From Clostridia bacterium (lineage in GTDB: Bacteria > Bacillota > Clostridia > Oscillospirales > RGIG577), in assembly GCA_017513095.1 (NCBI GenBank), contig JAFWDJ010000024.1, forward strand, positions 6,073 through 70,072: DNA of 64,000 bases, read 5' to 3'. The position numbers and the translations under genes were made by a program. Below the pieces are notes generated by a model, which ran no database searches, was not told the origin of the DNA, and saw only the letters and a program-made list of their open reading frames with translations. How positions within the stretch are numbered: the first letter of the stretch is position 1; every line of letters begins with the position of its first letter. Positions 11,822 to 22,283 of this stretch are shown piece after piece.

Positions 11822-12418
11822 TTATTGTTTCCGTGTGCCGTGAAACGGATTTGCGGCCGGTTTTCGTATCGGCAAAGAATAATCCCGCTCGAACAGCTCT
11901 TCGATCAGATCGGATTTGAGCTTCTCCACTTCGACGGACTCAAAAATGTATTTTTCGATGAAAGGCCTGCTTTTTGCGCGGTACTTATAAAGCCCGTTCT
12001 TCTCCTGTATGTGCGACAGCTCCCTCCGCCAGAGAAGCGAGAGCTGCCTTTTTAGCTTCGGCTTCCCCGACGGCTTGGGCGGACGCAGTTCATATAAGTC
12101 AATCCCGCCGCCCTCTTTGTTTACAACGATGATGCCCCAGTCTTCGGGAACGTGATCCGCCGCATGCGCCGCGTGAGATGAGCCGATAACGATAATGTTT
12201 CTGTCGAAGTATTTGTTGTAATCCTTGATTTGCCGCGGCAGACGGGCATATGAATCCGCGTCGCTCTTTATCTCGATCCCGCAAAGGTCGTTCTCTGTCA
12301 CCATCACAAGATCGGCGCGGGAGCGTCCCATCGAAAGCTCGTCAAAAAAGCGCACTTTTTCGTATTGCTTCTCAAGATAAAGGCACAGACCGTCTCTTAT
12401 ATCGGCGTCATACAGCAT
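11822..12418 (-). CDS. PD-(D/E)xK nuclease-like protein (resembles the 'sce7726' family)
   Basis: 198 aa. Candidate restriction-endonuclease-like core RADLVMV...GIEIKSDADS (D...E-x-K). N-terminus DIRDGLCLYL is reminiscent of sce7726-family proteins; this assignment is from memory only. Confidence 0.45.
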   Translation of the reverse strand: MLYDADIRDGLCLYLEKQYEKVRFFDELSMGRSRADLVMVTENDLCGIEIKSDADSYARLPRQIKDYNKYFDRNIIVIGSSHAAHAADHVPEDWGIIVVNKEGGGIDLYELRPPKPSGKPKLKRQLSLLWRRELSHIQEKNGLYKYRAKSRPFIEKYIFESVEVEKLKSDLIEELFERDYSLPIRKPAANPFHGTRKQ

Positions 12419-12770
12419 ATCCGCACTCCCGATACGTTTGTTTTTGCGTCATCGTCTCACGCTTCCTTTCCTTGGGCGCTTTTGCGCCTCGGTGTTCTTT
12501 TGAGGATATAATACACCGTCCGGCGGGGATTTTTTAACCCACCGGACGGGTGTGGGGATTAAATCGCGATATTATACGGCTTCTCCCTTGCTTTGTCCGT
12601 CGCATAAGTGTCTGGCTCGCATAATTTCAGTAGGTTTTTGCGCGTTCGTTCCGACTGCTTGGTTTATAAGTCCGAATCCACGCTAACTTCGGGCACTGCC
12701 GAATACCGTAGTATTTTGATTTAGAGAAGACGAAGGTGTTAGTCGTTTTTCTATTACTTTTGTATTGATA

Positions 12771-13580
12771 TCAGTAAAATCGGTGACCATAAACCCACAG
12801 TGCTTGATCAACCTTTCTGCCATCTTCGGGTTTCCTGAAGTTTATTTCCTCGTCATAGAAGTATTTTTCTAATAACCTGATATATTTAAGATATGCAGAG
12901 TCACCTTTAATGCTATCGGCTTTTTGCCGAGTAAGTAATTTTAAAAAAGCATTTTCGTTCTTATCTGGCAGAGACCTTAATGGAATGTTGCACCCTGGCA
13001 CGGCTCCTTCATCAAGCGCTTCGATAGCTTTCATTGCAAATTGGTCATAAATTGGGTAATAACCACCCGAAACAAAATATAGTATAGTTATCAAATACAC
13101 GGAGCCTACCCCAGTTATTGTTTGTTCCCCATTAACGTTCAAGACTTCTCTTAGGCGTGTGAGAAGATTCTCCGGGTTGTCATCATATGTTTCCTTATTA
13201 TCAGCATAGTCCTTTTTAAAACTATGAATATTCTGGACAAGGTATCCTATATCTATTTTCCCTTTTCTATTATTTGCCGCAAGACATTCCCCGTTCTGTC
13301 CATCATTCCAACCGTTACCTGTAAAAATATAATTGGGGTACTTGCTATCCTTATGATTTATGCGTCCCATTTTCCAGGCTAACATATGAACAATATCTGC
13401 GTCCGACCAGTCTGTTTTCGTCAATAAACAAGTGATGTCTTTCTCAATCCATTCGCAACTACGAGAAATCCTTTTTACAGTGTATTTATCTTTATCTAGA
13501 AAATAATCATTACTATATAAATCGATAAACTCTTTGCGCTCAATGGGCATGCTATTAACACTAAAAGATTGCAGTTTCAT
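12771..13580 (-). CDS. Hypothetical protein (low-GC orphan)
   Basis: 269-aa uninterrupted ORF. About 40% GC in a 60-nt spot count (13081-13140), against about 60% in neighbours. No family recognised. Confidence 0.6.
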   Translation of the reverse strand: MKLQSFSVNSMPIERKEFIDLYSNDYFLDKDKYTVKRISRSCEWIEKDITCLLTKTDWSDADIVHMLAWKMGRINHKDSKYPNYIFTGNGWNDGQNGECLAANNRKGKIDIGYLVQNIHSFKKDYADNKETYDDNPENLLTRLREVLNVNGEQTITGVGSVYLITILYFVSGGYYPIYDQFAMKAIEALDEGAVPGCNIPLRSLPDKNENAFLKLLTRQKADSIKGDSAYLKYIRLLEKYFYDEEINFRKPEDGRKVDQALWVYGHRFY

Positions 13581-13804
13581 TTTTTACTATCCTCCGTTCT
13601 ACTTTCTTAAATAGACTTTTAATGTTTTGTTCATTTATTACCTATCTTCTTTTCTCCCTTCTGTCTCCAAAATCGCGCAGCTTTTTCGCCGCCGCACATC
13701 GCTCCATACCCATATAATAACACAAAGCAACATCTTACGGCAAGCCTCACAAAGATTCACACATCCCATTCCCTGCCGGCGGACAGACGCGTTTCCGCCT
13801 CCGC

Positions 13805-14872
13805 TTACTTATACGCCCTCACCGCCGATTCAAGCGCCGCTTTCACTTCGTCCCTTAACTCCGCGGGCTCCAGCACGACGACGTCCGGCGCGTAGCTTAT
13901 CGCGAACTGCTTCATCGCAAGCCTGTTTACGCGCGCGGAGACGTCCGCGTGCGTTTCGGTCTCGTTAAAAAAGCGCACGTCCATGCCGAACATATCAATG
14001 ACGTCGCTTATCATCGCCTTTACGATGCGAAACGTTACACGCGCGTTATCGCTCGAATACATATAGACGTGCTCCGCCATGTACTTTGCGAGGTCGAAAC
14101 GCCTGCCTTGTGCGCCTTCGAGCGTGTCAAACGGCTTTACGGGCGACTCCTCGAGAATTTTTACGTCCGCTATGCGGTCAATGCGGTAATTCGATATGTC
14201 GTTATATTTGTCGTAGTTGCATATAAGGTAATACTTGCCCTCTTTGGCTGCCATCTGATAGGGGCTTACGATATACTCGCGCACGGAGCCGTCCTCTCTT
14301 ATGCGCTTGTGACGCTTTTTGTCAGCGCCGTATTCAAGATACGAAAAAGAGACCTTCCGCCCCTTCGATATTGCCTCGTCGAGCGTTTGTATCGTAAAAA
14401 ACAGCTCGGGATTCTGCGGCAGCGTATCGGGCATGGTGTAGATGTGCTTTACGTGAGCGTGAAAATACTCGCTCGAAAGCCCCTCGAGCTTTTCAACGAG
14501 CTCCCTGCACTGGTTGTATGGGATGTGCTTCGAAAAGAGAAGGCTGTCGATAAGGAGACGAAGCTCCCCTTCGGTAAAATCGCGCAGAAGATAAAAGTCG
14601 TAGAGGATATTGGCCTCCTCGGGCTCCCCGGTCCTGGGGTTCGGGATCATGCGCTTTGTTTCCTTGTATTCGATACTGTATCCGAAGTCGATAAGGTCGA
14701 GGATGTTGCGGCGAACGGCCTTGCGGTCGGCCTTCATGCCATACTCCCTTAAGAGTATGTCCTGAATCTGTTTTTGGCTGAGACAATGATTCTCGTCCGT
14801 GTATTTTTTAAAGATGTCCAGAATATTTAATATTAGGAGCTTCTTTGGCTTTTCCGTATACATTTTCGTCAC
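13805..14872 (-). CDS. WYL-domain transcriptional regulator
   Basis: 355 aa. N-terminal winged HTH (LSQKQIQDILLREYGMKADRKAVRRNI), a central WYL-type block (YYLICNYDKYNDISNYRIDRI) and a C-terminal WCX-like region. Confidence 0.8.
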   Translation of the reverse strand: MTKMYTEKPKKLLILNILDIFKKYTDENHCLSQKQIQDILLREYGMKADRKAVRRNILDLIDFGYSIEYKETKRMIPNPRTGEPEEANILYDFYLLRDFTEGELRLLIDSLLFSKHIPYNQCRELVEKLEGLSSEYFHAHVKHIYTMPDTLPQNPELFFTIQTLDEAISKGRKVSFSYLEYGADKKRHKRIREDGSVREYIVSPYQMAAKEGKYYLICNYDKYNDISNYRIDRIADVKILEESPVKPFDTLEGAQGRRFDLAKYMAEHVYMYSSDNARVTFRIVKAMISDVIDMFGMDVRFFNETETHADVSARVNRLAMKQFAISYAPDVVVLEPAELRDEVKAALESAVRAYK

Positions 14873-14955
14873 CTCTCGTTTATTTTATCATTTTCTTCAT
14901 AATAATACAACACCGGATGGGGCGAAAAAGCCCCATCCGATGACTCGCGGTTTTC

Positions 14956-16251
14956 TTATGCGACAGCGGTTTTGGAAACGGCGCAGCTTTCCCGGAGGCT
15001 TTTCATATCTTCGGAAACGAGGACGCCCTTCTTTGCGAGAGCGTGCGCCACGGCGTCCAAAAAGGCGCGGTTCTTTACGAGAAGCTCCTTGACCTTTTGA
15101 TAGTAACGCGCCATGTCCGCGGCCGCAACGGCCTCCTGCCTTGCCATAAGCTCGTTTGAGTCACGGTGAGTATCGCTGCGGTAGAGGTCAAAGCCGCTAA
15201 AGCAGAGATCGTTTTCCATGTAATCGATGAGTGAAAAAGCTTCATCAATATCCTGCGAGCTGCCCACGTCGAACGTGCCGAAGCGTATTTCCACTGCGGC
15301 GCGTCCCGCAAGAGATACGAGGATATTGTATTCCATGTCGGAAAGCCTGTGAATTGAGCCTTTGGCGCGCGACTGTGTAATGCCGGTCCCGTCGCCGTCC
15401 TCAAAATGTGCTATAACGAGCGAAACGCTGCCGGGAGAAAGGAGCTCGGACGCGGCTGCGTGTCCGCTCTCGTGGTATACGAGCAAGGAGTTGTTGCTTT
15501 CTGCGGAAAGATCGATGGGCACGTGTTCGCCGGGCGCAAGCTTGTATTCGATGAGAAGGCACGCCTGCGTGATATGCTCCATGGTGATGTGCTCCGCGCG
15601 GCTGTAGCCCGCCAGAAGGCCGGCCTCGTTTATCACCGTCTCCAAAACGGCACAGGAGCGGCCGCCGAGGATGCTCGCTACGGTTTTCGGGTCTATGTCT
15701 TCGCAGAGCTTCTTTTTGGAGAGGTAGTGGCTTATGATATCCTCCGCGTCTTTGCCGCGGGGAGCACGTACATTGATGCTTTGGTCGAAGCGCCCCGCGC
15801 GGGTCAGCGAACGGGGCAGCTTGCCTACGTCGTTGGCCGTTGCGAGAATGAATACGTCCTTTCCCTTCACCTCGTCGATGCAGGCCTGCACCGCTACGTA
15901 TTCCTCGGAGTCGCGGTGGCTCGAGTCGTCGTTTGCGAATTTGTCCATGTCGTCCATAAAGACTATCGACGGCGCGTTTTCGGCGGCCGCGTCGAACGTG
16001 TCCTTTATCGTCTTTACGAATTCGCCGTTCGGCTCCGTTTTGCGGCAGATAAAAGTCTTACGCCCCGAGGCTTCGATGAGACACTTCGCCATGAGCGACT
16101 TGCCTACGCCCGGTTCACCGTAAAGAAGCAGTCCGTTGGGAGCGTTCGCGCCGAGCGCGCGATAGACGTCCGTGTTCTTAAGCGTGTCCGCGATGCGGAT
16201 AAGATCGCGCTTTATCGATGCGTAGCCTATGACCTTGTCAAATGCGTTCAT
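14956..16251 (-). CDS. Soluble FtsH-like AAA+ ATPase / M41 metalloprotease paralog (no TM segment)
   Basis: 431 aa. Walker A GEPGVGKS, Walker B VFMDDMD, SRH with Arg finger (LTRAGRFDQ), HEXXH (YHESGHAAA), and a downstream GRAAVEIRFG...GSSQDIDEAF block as in FtsH. Lacks the N-terminal TM and periplasmic region of FtsH. Confidence 0.75.
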   Translation of the reverse strand: MNAFDKVIGYASIKRDLIRIADTLKNTDVYRALGANAPNGLLLYGEPGVGKSLMAKCLIEASGRKTFICRKTEPNGEFVKTIKDTFDAAAENAPSIVFMDDMDKFANDDSSHRDSEEYVAVQACIDEVKGKDVFILATANDVGKLPRSLTRAGRFDQSINVRAPRGKDAEDIISHYLSKKKLCEDIDPKTVASILGGRSCAVLETVINEAGLLAGYSRAEHITMEHITQACLLIEYKLAPGEHVPIDLSAESNNSLLVYHESGHAAASELLSPGSVSLVIAHFEDGDGTGITQSRAKGSIHRLSDMEYNILVSLAGRAAVEIRFGTFDVGSSQDIDEAFSLIDYMENDLCFSGFDLYRSDTHRDSNELMARQEAVAAADMARYYQKVKELLVKNRAFLDAVAHALAKKGVLVSEDMKSLRESCAVSKTAVA

Positions 16252-16394
16252 GATTTTGTCCTCCGTTTTTTTATTGCTTTTATTTTTCCTTACGACTGTA
16301 TTCTAAATAAAGCCATGGGGCTTTTTTGCCGCATCGCCAATGAAAAAACGGAGATTTTATAAAATAACGTGCGGCGGATTTTTCCCCGCGCGCG

Positions 16395-16425
16395 AAAAAG
16401 CTCCGCGTCAGCGGAGCTTTTTTGC
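16395..16425 (-). terminator. Terminator overlapping the glnB stop codon
   Basis: Stem aaaaagctccgc/gcggagcttttt. The TGA of the P-II gene (16408-16410) lies in the loop and stem. Confidence 0.55.
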
Positions 16426-16806
16426 TTTATCCCCTTTTTTGTCTTCCTCTTCGCTTTGCGACTGCAGCGCGTCGTATCCCCTTTCGCCCGTGCGTATCTT
16501 TATCGCGTCTTTAATCTCGTAGACGAATATCTTGCCGTCGCCGACCTCGCCCGTTTTCGCAACGCGCATTATCGCGTCGATCGTCTTGTCGCGCCAGTCC
16601 TCCGAAGATACGACTATCTCGAACTTAATCTTCGGATGCATCATGATATCGACGGCCTGGCCTCTTACGACCGTCTTGTAGCCGCGCTGTATGCCGAAGC
16701 CCATGACCTGCGAAACGGTCACGCCGTTTACATCGATGTTGCTTAACGCCTCTTTTATATCCTCAAGCTTTTCCTCACGCACTATCGCTTCGATTTTGTA
16801 CATCAT
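16408..16806 (-). CDS. glnB: P-II nitrogen regulatory protein with a roughly 20-aa charged C-terminal tail
   Basis: 132 aa. P-II fold motifs (T-loop GFGIQRGYKTVVRGQ; TGEVGDGKIFV; IRTGERG). Adjacent to amt. Confidence 0.9.
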   Translation of the reverse strand: MMYKIEAIVREEKLEDIKEALSNIDVNGVTVSQVMGFGIQRGYKTVVRGQAVDIMMHPKIKFEIVVSSEDWRDKTIDAIMRVAKTGEVGDGKIFVYEIKDAIKIRTGERGYDALQSQSEEEDKKGDKAKKLR

Positions 16807-16826
16807 AAAAAATCGTCCTCCTTTTA

Positions 16827-18068
<1,242 letters not shown>

Positions 18069-18093
18069 TAAGATTACCCCCCAAGCGAAATAG

Positions 18094-18134
18094 AATAAAA
18101 AAAGACGCTCAGGCAAAACTGCCTGAACGTCTTT
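18094..18134 (-). terminator. Terminator-like hairpin in the amt leader
   Basis: 14-bp stem (one mismatch) aaagacgctcaggc(18101-18114)/gcctgaacgtcttt(18121-18134), followed on the minus strand by TTTTT. Lies 26 nt upstream of the amt ATG. Confidence 0.5.
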
Positions 18135-18146
18135 GTTCACGCTGAT

Positions 18147-18175
18147 ATAATACCACGCGGCGCGCCGAAAATCAA
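18147..18175 (-). promoter_or_regulatory. Putative sigma-A promoter of amt-glnB
   Basis: Minus strand reads TTGATT(18175-18170)-17 nt-TATTAT(18152-18147). Confidence 0.4.
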
Positions 18176-18282
18176 TACCCGTTCCGATGTTTGGCAATAG
18201 CGCCGAAAAGAAGGCGCGATTTTATCGTCACATTTGACAAAAAGTACTATAAATCTGCGTCGGTATTTGATTTGGGGACGCT

Positions 18283-20610
18283 TTACTCTTCGATGAGCCA
18301 GTAATCGTTGTCGTCGCCTTCACTTAAAATGAGGGTGTCGAGCTTTTTATAATCTCCGCCGTAATTATACGAATATATGCGGCCGTTTACAACGTAGTAG
18401 ATAACGTCGCCGATGTAGCACAGGCGCTCCTGGCCGAGATATACGTATGAGCCGGAGTCGTCGATAAGCTGCGCCTCCTGCTTCAGCTTTTCGCCGTTTA
18501 TGTGGAATACGTAAGCGGCGTACGTATAGTCGTTTGCCGAATAATCCTCGGTCGAGAAGGCGAAGTTATTGCGGGCCTTGTCAACCATGAGCGCCTTGTG
18601 ATCGTAGGTCACTTCGGAGTATACGCTGCGCGAGGTGCCGACCTTTACGGTATCGAGCTCGACCGGCTGGCCGTTTACTATCTTAAAGAGCGAAAGCTTT
18701 AAGCCGTCGTCTATGGTGCCCACGTTCTCGCGCTGGCCCTTGTCGTTTATTATAAAGCTGTCCTTCGTGTCGCGGCCTATGCCCAAAAGAAGGTCGTCGC
18801 CCACCGGATGGAGATACGAGGAGTATCCGGGCACCTTTAATTGACCCGTTATTTTGGGATTTGCGGGGTCGGACGCGTCTATGACGAAGAGCGGGTCGAC
18901 CTGCTTGTACGTTACCATGTAGACCGTGCTGCCGTCAAATCTTGCGGAGTATACGCGCTCGTCCTTCGCAACGCCCGTAACAGAGCCCGCAACGCTCATA
19001 TCGGAGGGGTCTATGATAAAGAGGCTGCTTCCGTTCTTTCCGCTGTAATCGGTCGTTACGACTCTGAAATAGCCGTTGTACTCGTCCATCGCGAACTGGT
19101 TTATAACGGAGCCGGGAAGCTTTACGCTGCCCTGAGGAATAACGGATCTGCCCTCAAGGTCAAAGTATAATATGCACGTCTGCGTATCGTTATTATCCCA
19201 ATCGTATTCATACGAGGCGATGTATATCGAGTCGTTGTTCATATATACGTCGCCGCCGTTTCCGAATACGGATTCGATGTTTGCCGGGGAATCGTCGGTT
19301 ATGTCTATTACCGCGAAGTTTAGATAGCTCGTCTCGGTAATCTGAGGCATAATGGCAATCTTGTTTGCCTCAATCTCGGTCGCCTTGCCGCCGTTCGCCT
19401 TTGTGTCGCGGTATACGGGGATGAAGTCTTCGTCAAGGTCGTATACGTATTTTTCGGTGATGATGTATACGAGGTCGTCTATCTTTCTCGTGGATACGTT
19501 GTAGCCCTCAAGCTCGGAGGATTTAACGAGCTTCGGAGCGCTTTTGTCGGATATGTCGTATACGAACGCCGCCGTGAAGCTCTTGCCGTAAAAGCTTCCG
19601 AGCATAAGCTCGTCGCTGTTTTCGTTTTCGTACGTCTCGTAATAGTCGGTCGAGCCTACGAGCACGAGTCTGTCGCCGTCGACGTACATATCGCGGTAGT
19701 ATGCGTTGTCGGGAGCCGAAAGCTCGGACGCAAGCTCCATTTTGCCGTTGTCCTTCGCTTCAACGATGTAAACGCCGTCGTAGCTCATATAATATATGAA
19801 CTTTCCGTCGGTCTTTATTATGTCGGCCTCGTCCACGCCCTCGACCTGGGTGTTGGTCTCGGAGTAATCGGCGTCGTCGCCGCCTCCGCCCATGCCGCCC
19901 TCGGCCGTTTTTGTGGCGGAATTGGATGCGGAAACGCGCAATTCGTCGCTGTCCTCGGCCTCCTCGGCTATGGCGCCGTCAGCCGCGTAGAAGTAGTCGT
20001 AACTCGCGAACATATTCGAGTAATTCTTTTCGACTACCGATTTTATCTCGCTGTGCGAAGCGTAATATTTAAGGCTGCCGAGCGCATTCTCGGCCGCCGC
20101 GAGTGCGTTTTTCGCATCAGCCGCTTTGTCGTCGCCGTAAATGGTTATATAGCCGTCGGAGAAGTCGACGTTAAGTCCCAGCGCCGTCTCGCAGAGCGCG
20201 CGTATCGGCACCATGGAGCGGTCGTTCTTTATTATCGTTTTCGTATCGAGCGGGTAAGTCTGGCCGTCTACCGAAAACGACGACTCGTTTATCGGGAAGA
20301 TTATCGTTTTGCCCGATATTTTAATTACCGCCGCGTTGTTTTCAAACGATACGTCCGCGCCGAACGCCTCGGAAATCGATCTTAACGGTATGAGCGTGCG
20401 GTCCGAATTTACTATCGGGGTGACGCCGGAGTTGTCCGCGTCATGGTAGAAGACCGTACCGTCCTTTAAGTATCTCGGGTCATGGAGACGGAACACGACC
20501 ACGCTGTCGGATGAGCCGCTGCTTTCGGACTCGGCAAATCCGACGGACGAAACCGCTACTGCGCCGATGATAAGAAGCACGGCGAGAAGCATAGCTATAA
20601 GTCTTTTCAT
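18283..20610 (-). CDS. Secreted protein with a copper-amine-oxidase-like N-terminal domain and a C-terminal beta-propeller domain
   Basis: 775 aa with a signal peptide. 'Stalk' domain (DRTLIPLRSISEAFGADVSF...MVPIRALCETALGLNV) followed by a long beta-propeller-type region, as in the Firmicute 'beta-propeller domain' family. Confidence 0.7.
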   Translation of the reverse strand: MKRLIAMLLAVLLIIGAVAVSSVGFAESESSGSSDSVVVFRLHDPRYLKDGTVFYHDADNSGVTPIVNSDRTLIPLRSISEAFGADVSFENNAAVIKISGKTIIFPINESSFSVDGQTYPLDTKTIIKNDRSMVPIRALCETALGLNVDFSDGYITIYGDDKAADAKNALAAAENALGSLKYYASHSEIKSVVEKNYSNMFASYDYFYAADGAIAEEAEDSDELRVSASNSATKTAEGGMGGGGDDADYSETNTQVEGVDEADIIKTDGKFIYYMSYDGVYIVEAKDNGKMELASELSAPDNAYYRDMYVDGDRLVLVGSTDYYETYENENSDELMLGSFYGKSFTAAFVYDISDKSAPKLVKSSELEGYNVSTRKIDDLVYIITEKYVYDLDEDFIPVYRDTKANGGKATEIEANKIAIMPQITETSYLNFAVIDITDDSPANIESVFGNGGDVYMNNDSIYIASYEYDWDNNDTQTCILYFDLEGRSVIPQGSVKLPGSVINQFAMDEYNGYFRVVTTDYSGKNGSSLFIIDPSDMSVAGSVTGVAKDERVYSARFDGSTVYMVTYKQVDPLFVIDASDPANPKITGQLKVPGYSSYLHPVGDDLLLGIGRDTKDSFIINDKGQRENVGTIDDGLKLSLFKIVNGQPVELDTVKVGTSRSVYSEVTYDHKALMVDKARNNFAFSTEDYSANDYTYAAYVFHINGEKLKQEAQLIDDSGSYVYLGQERLCYIGDVIYYVVNGRIYSYNYGGDYKKLDTLILSEGDDNDYWLIEE

Positions 20611-20687
20611 AATTATCTCTCCTGTCCGTTTATTTGTTAAATAAGACGATAATAATTATAAAAAGTTTCAAAATAATTAAGAAAATT

Positions 20688-21410
20688 TTAATAAAACTGC
20701 TCGCGGAGCAGATTTATTATCTTTTTTTCAAGGCGCGACACCGACACCTGAGAAATTCCCAGAATCGCGGCCGTCTGAGTCTGCGTAAGGTCGTGGAAGA
20801 AGCGAAGATCAATGAGCCGCCTCTCCTTTTCGGGGAGGCGCAAAATAGCACTGCGAAGCGCCAGCCTGTTAAGAATCGCCTCCTCTGTATCGGAGCCTGA
20901 GAGCATGCTTTCAAGCGTCGCCCCATCGCCGTCCCAAAGCGGCGCGTCGAGACTCTGAGGCGGGGACACAGCTTCGATGGCCGATGCGATAAGCTCGCTT
21001 TCGACGCCGAGCCTTTCGGCTATTTCGCTTAGCTTCGGCTCCCTTCCGAAAGCGGCAGAAAGCTCCGCGGAGGCTCGCTGCGCCTTGTACATAAGCTCCT
21101 TTAGGCTGCGGGACGACTTTATCATCGACGAGTCGCGGAAATACCGCTTTATTTCGCCGATTATAAGCGGCACGGCGTAGGTAGAGAACTTTACATTGTA
21201 GGACGCGTCAAAGGCGCGGGCGGCGCGCATAAGGCCTATGGCGCCTATCTGAAACAGGTCCTCCGCGTCGGCGCCGCGCCCCGTAAAACGCGAGCACACG
21301 CCGCGCACGAGCTTCATGTTTTTAAGTATAAGCTCTTCCCTCGCGCCGTCGTCGCCGTCTTTGATCCTCTGTATGAGCCTGTCATTTTCCTCGGAATATG
21401 AAGTGTTCAT
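20688..21410 (-). CDS. sigF: RNA polymerase sporulation sigma factor F
   Basis: 240 aa. Sigma-70 regions 2-4 (DLFQIGAIGLMRAARAFD...; HTH QTQTAAILGISQVSVSRLEKK). Third gene after spoIIAA-spoIIAB. Confidence 0.9.
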   Translation of the reverse strand: MNTSYSEENDRLIQRIKDGDDGAREELILKNMKLVRGVCSRFTGRGADAEDLFQIGAIGLMRAARAFDASYNVKFSTYAVPLIIGEIKRYFRDSSMIKSSRSLKELMYKAQRASAELSAAFGREPKLSEIAERLGVESELIASAIEAVSPPQSLDAPLWDGDGATLESMLSGSDTEEAILNRLALRSAILRLPEKERRLIDLRFFHDLTQTQTAAILGISQVSVSRLEKKIINLLREQFY

Positions 21411-21841
21411 CGCCTTGTGATTATGCGCTTGCGCATTACGACCTTCGTGCCGCGCCCCACCCTTGAGCTTACGCGCACGCTGTCCATAAAGCTCTCCATG
21501 ATCGTAAAGCCCATGCCGCTCCTCTCGCCCGTTTCGCAGGTCGTAAAAAGCGGCGTTCGCGCCCGCTCGATGTCCTCGATGCCGCTTCCCCTGTCGGATA
21601 TGCCGACCTCGAGCGTATCCGAATTGATTATTCGGGCGCGAATGGAAATCTCGCCCATCGCGTCCCTGTATGCGTGTACAATGCAGTTCGTCACCGCCTC
21701 GGATACGGCCGTTTTTATCTCGGTTATATCCGAAAGCGTGGGATCGAGCTGCGACGCGAACGCTGCGACCGCGGCGCGCGCAAAGCCTTCGTTTACGGAG
21801 CGCGCCGGTATTGTAAGCTTTAAATAATTGTTTACCGTCAT
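21407..21841 (-). CDS. spoIIAB: Anti-sigma F factor (Ser kinase)
   Basis: 144 aa. HATPase N-box AVSEAVTNCIVHAY, G-boxes DRGSGI and GERSGMGF. Overlaps the sigF start by 4 nt. Confidence 0.9.
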   Translation of the reverse strand: MTVNNYLKLTIPARSVNEGFARAAVAAFASQLDPTLSDITEIKTAVSEAVTNCIVHAYRDAMGEISIRARIINSDTLEVGISDRGSGIEDIERARTPLFTTCETGERSGMGFTIMESFMDSVRVSSRVGRGTKVVMRKRIITRR

Positions 21842-21856
21842 TTTATGTACCCCCTT

Positions 21857-22162
21857 TTATCTTATCCGTATGAGACGGTTTACGCCCGACATCTCGAATA
21901 TGCGCCTTATCTGAGCATTTTTCACGCGAAGCTCAAGAGTAGCGCCGAGCTCGCACAAAAGCTTGTAGCGTCCCAGCACAAGCCCTATGCCGGAGCTGTC
22001 CATAAAGACGACGCCGCTCATATCAATGGTAAGCTTCTTTACGTCCTTCATAGAGATTATGTCGTCTATGGCGTCTCGCGTCTTTTTTGCCGTGTGATGA
22101 TCGAGCTCGCCGCTTAAATATACGGTAAGCCCGCCGCCATTGTATTCGTACGTTATCTGCAT
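21857..22162 (-). CDS. spoIIAA: Anti-sigma F factor antagonist (STAS)
   Basis: STAS domain with the phosphorylatable Ser motif FMDSSGIGLVLG. Start at MQITYE (22162), after GGAGG. Confidence 0.85.
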   Translation of the reverse strand: MQITYEYNGGGLTVYLSGELDHHTAKKTRDAIDDIISMKDVKKLTIDMSGVVFMDSSGIGLVLGRYKLLCELGATLELRVKNAQIRRIFEMSGVNRLIRIR

Positions 22163-22240
22163 GGTATGACCTCCGAAAAAAGCATTTAACGAAAGCATTA
22201 TAAGCCCCGGGACTCAAAAATACCCGAAAAGATTGTCGCA

Positions 22241-22272
22241 AAAAAAATAAGGGCCGCCAAAATGGCGGCCCT
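22241..22272 (-). terminator. Terminator downstream of the S4-domain gene
   Basis: 9-bp stem agggccgcc(22250-22258)/ggcggccct(22264-22272), followed on the minus strand by a T-run. Confidence 0.7.
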
Positions 22273-22283
22273 GCGGCAAGATT

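Noticed and set aside
11680-16251. Calling the tRNA-adjacent patch an integrative mobile element
   Set aside because: I could find no integrase or recombinase gene and no direct repeat of the tRNA 3' end. Only composition and gene content hint at foreign origin.
22225-22245. Spo0A box (TGTCGCA, one mismatch to TGTCGAA) upstream of spoIIAA
   Set aside because: It is a single degenerate 7-mer, and I could not recognise a convincing sigma-H promoter next to it. Too weak to report as a feature.
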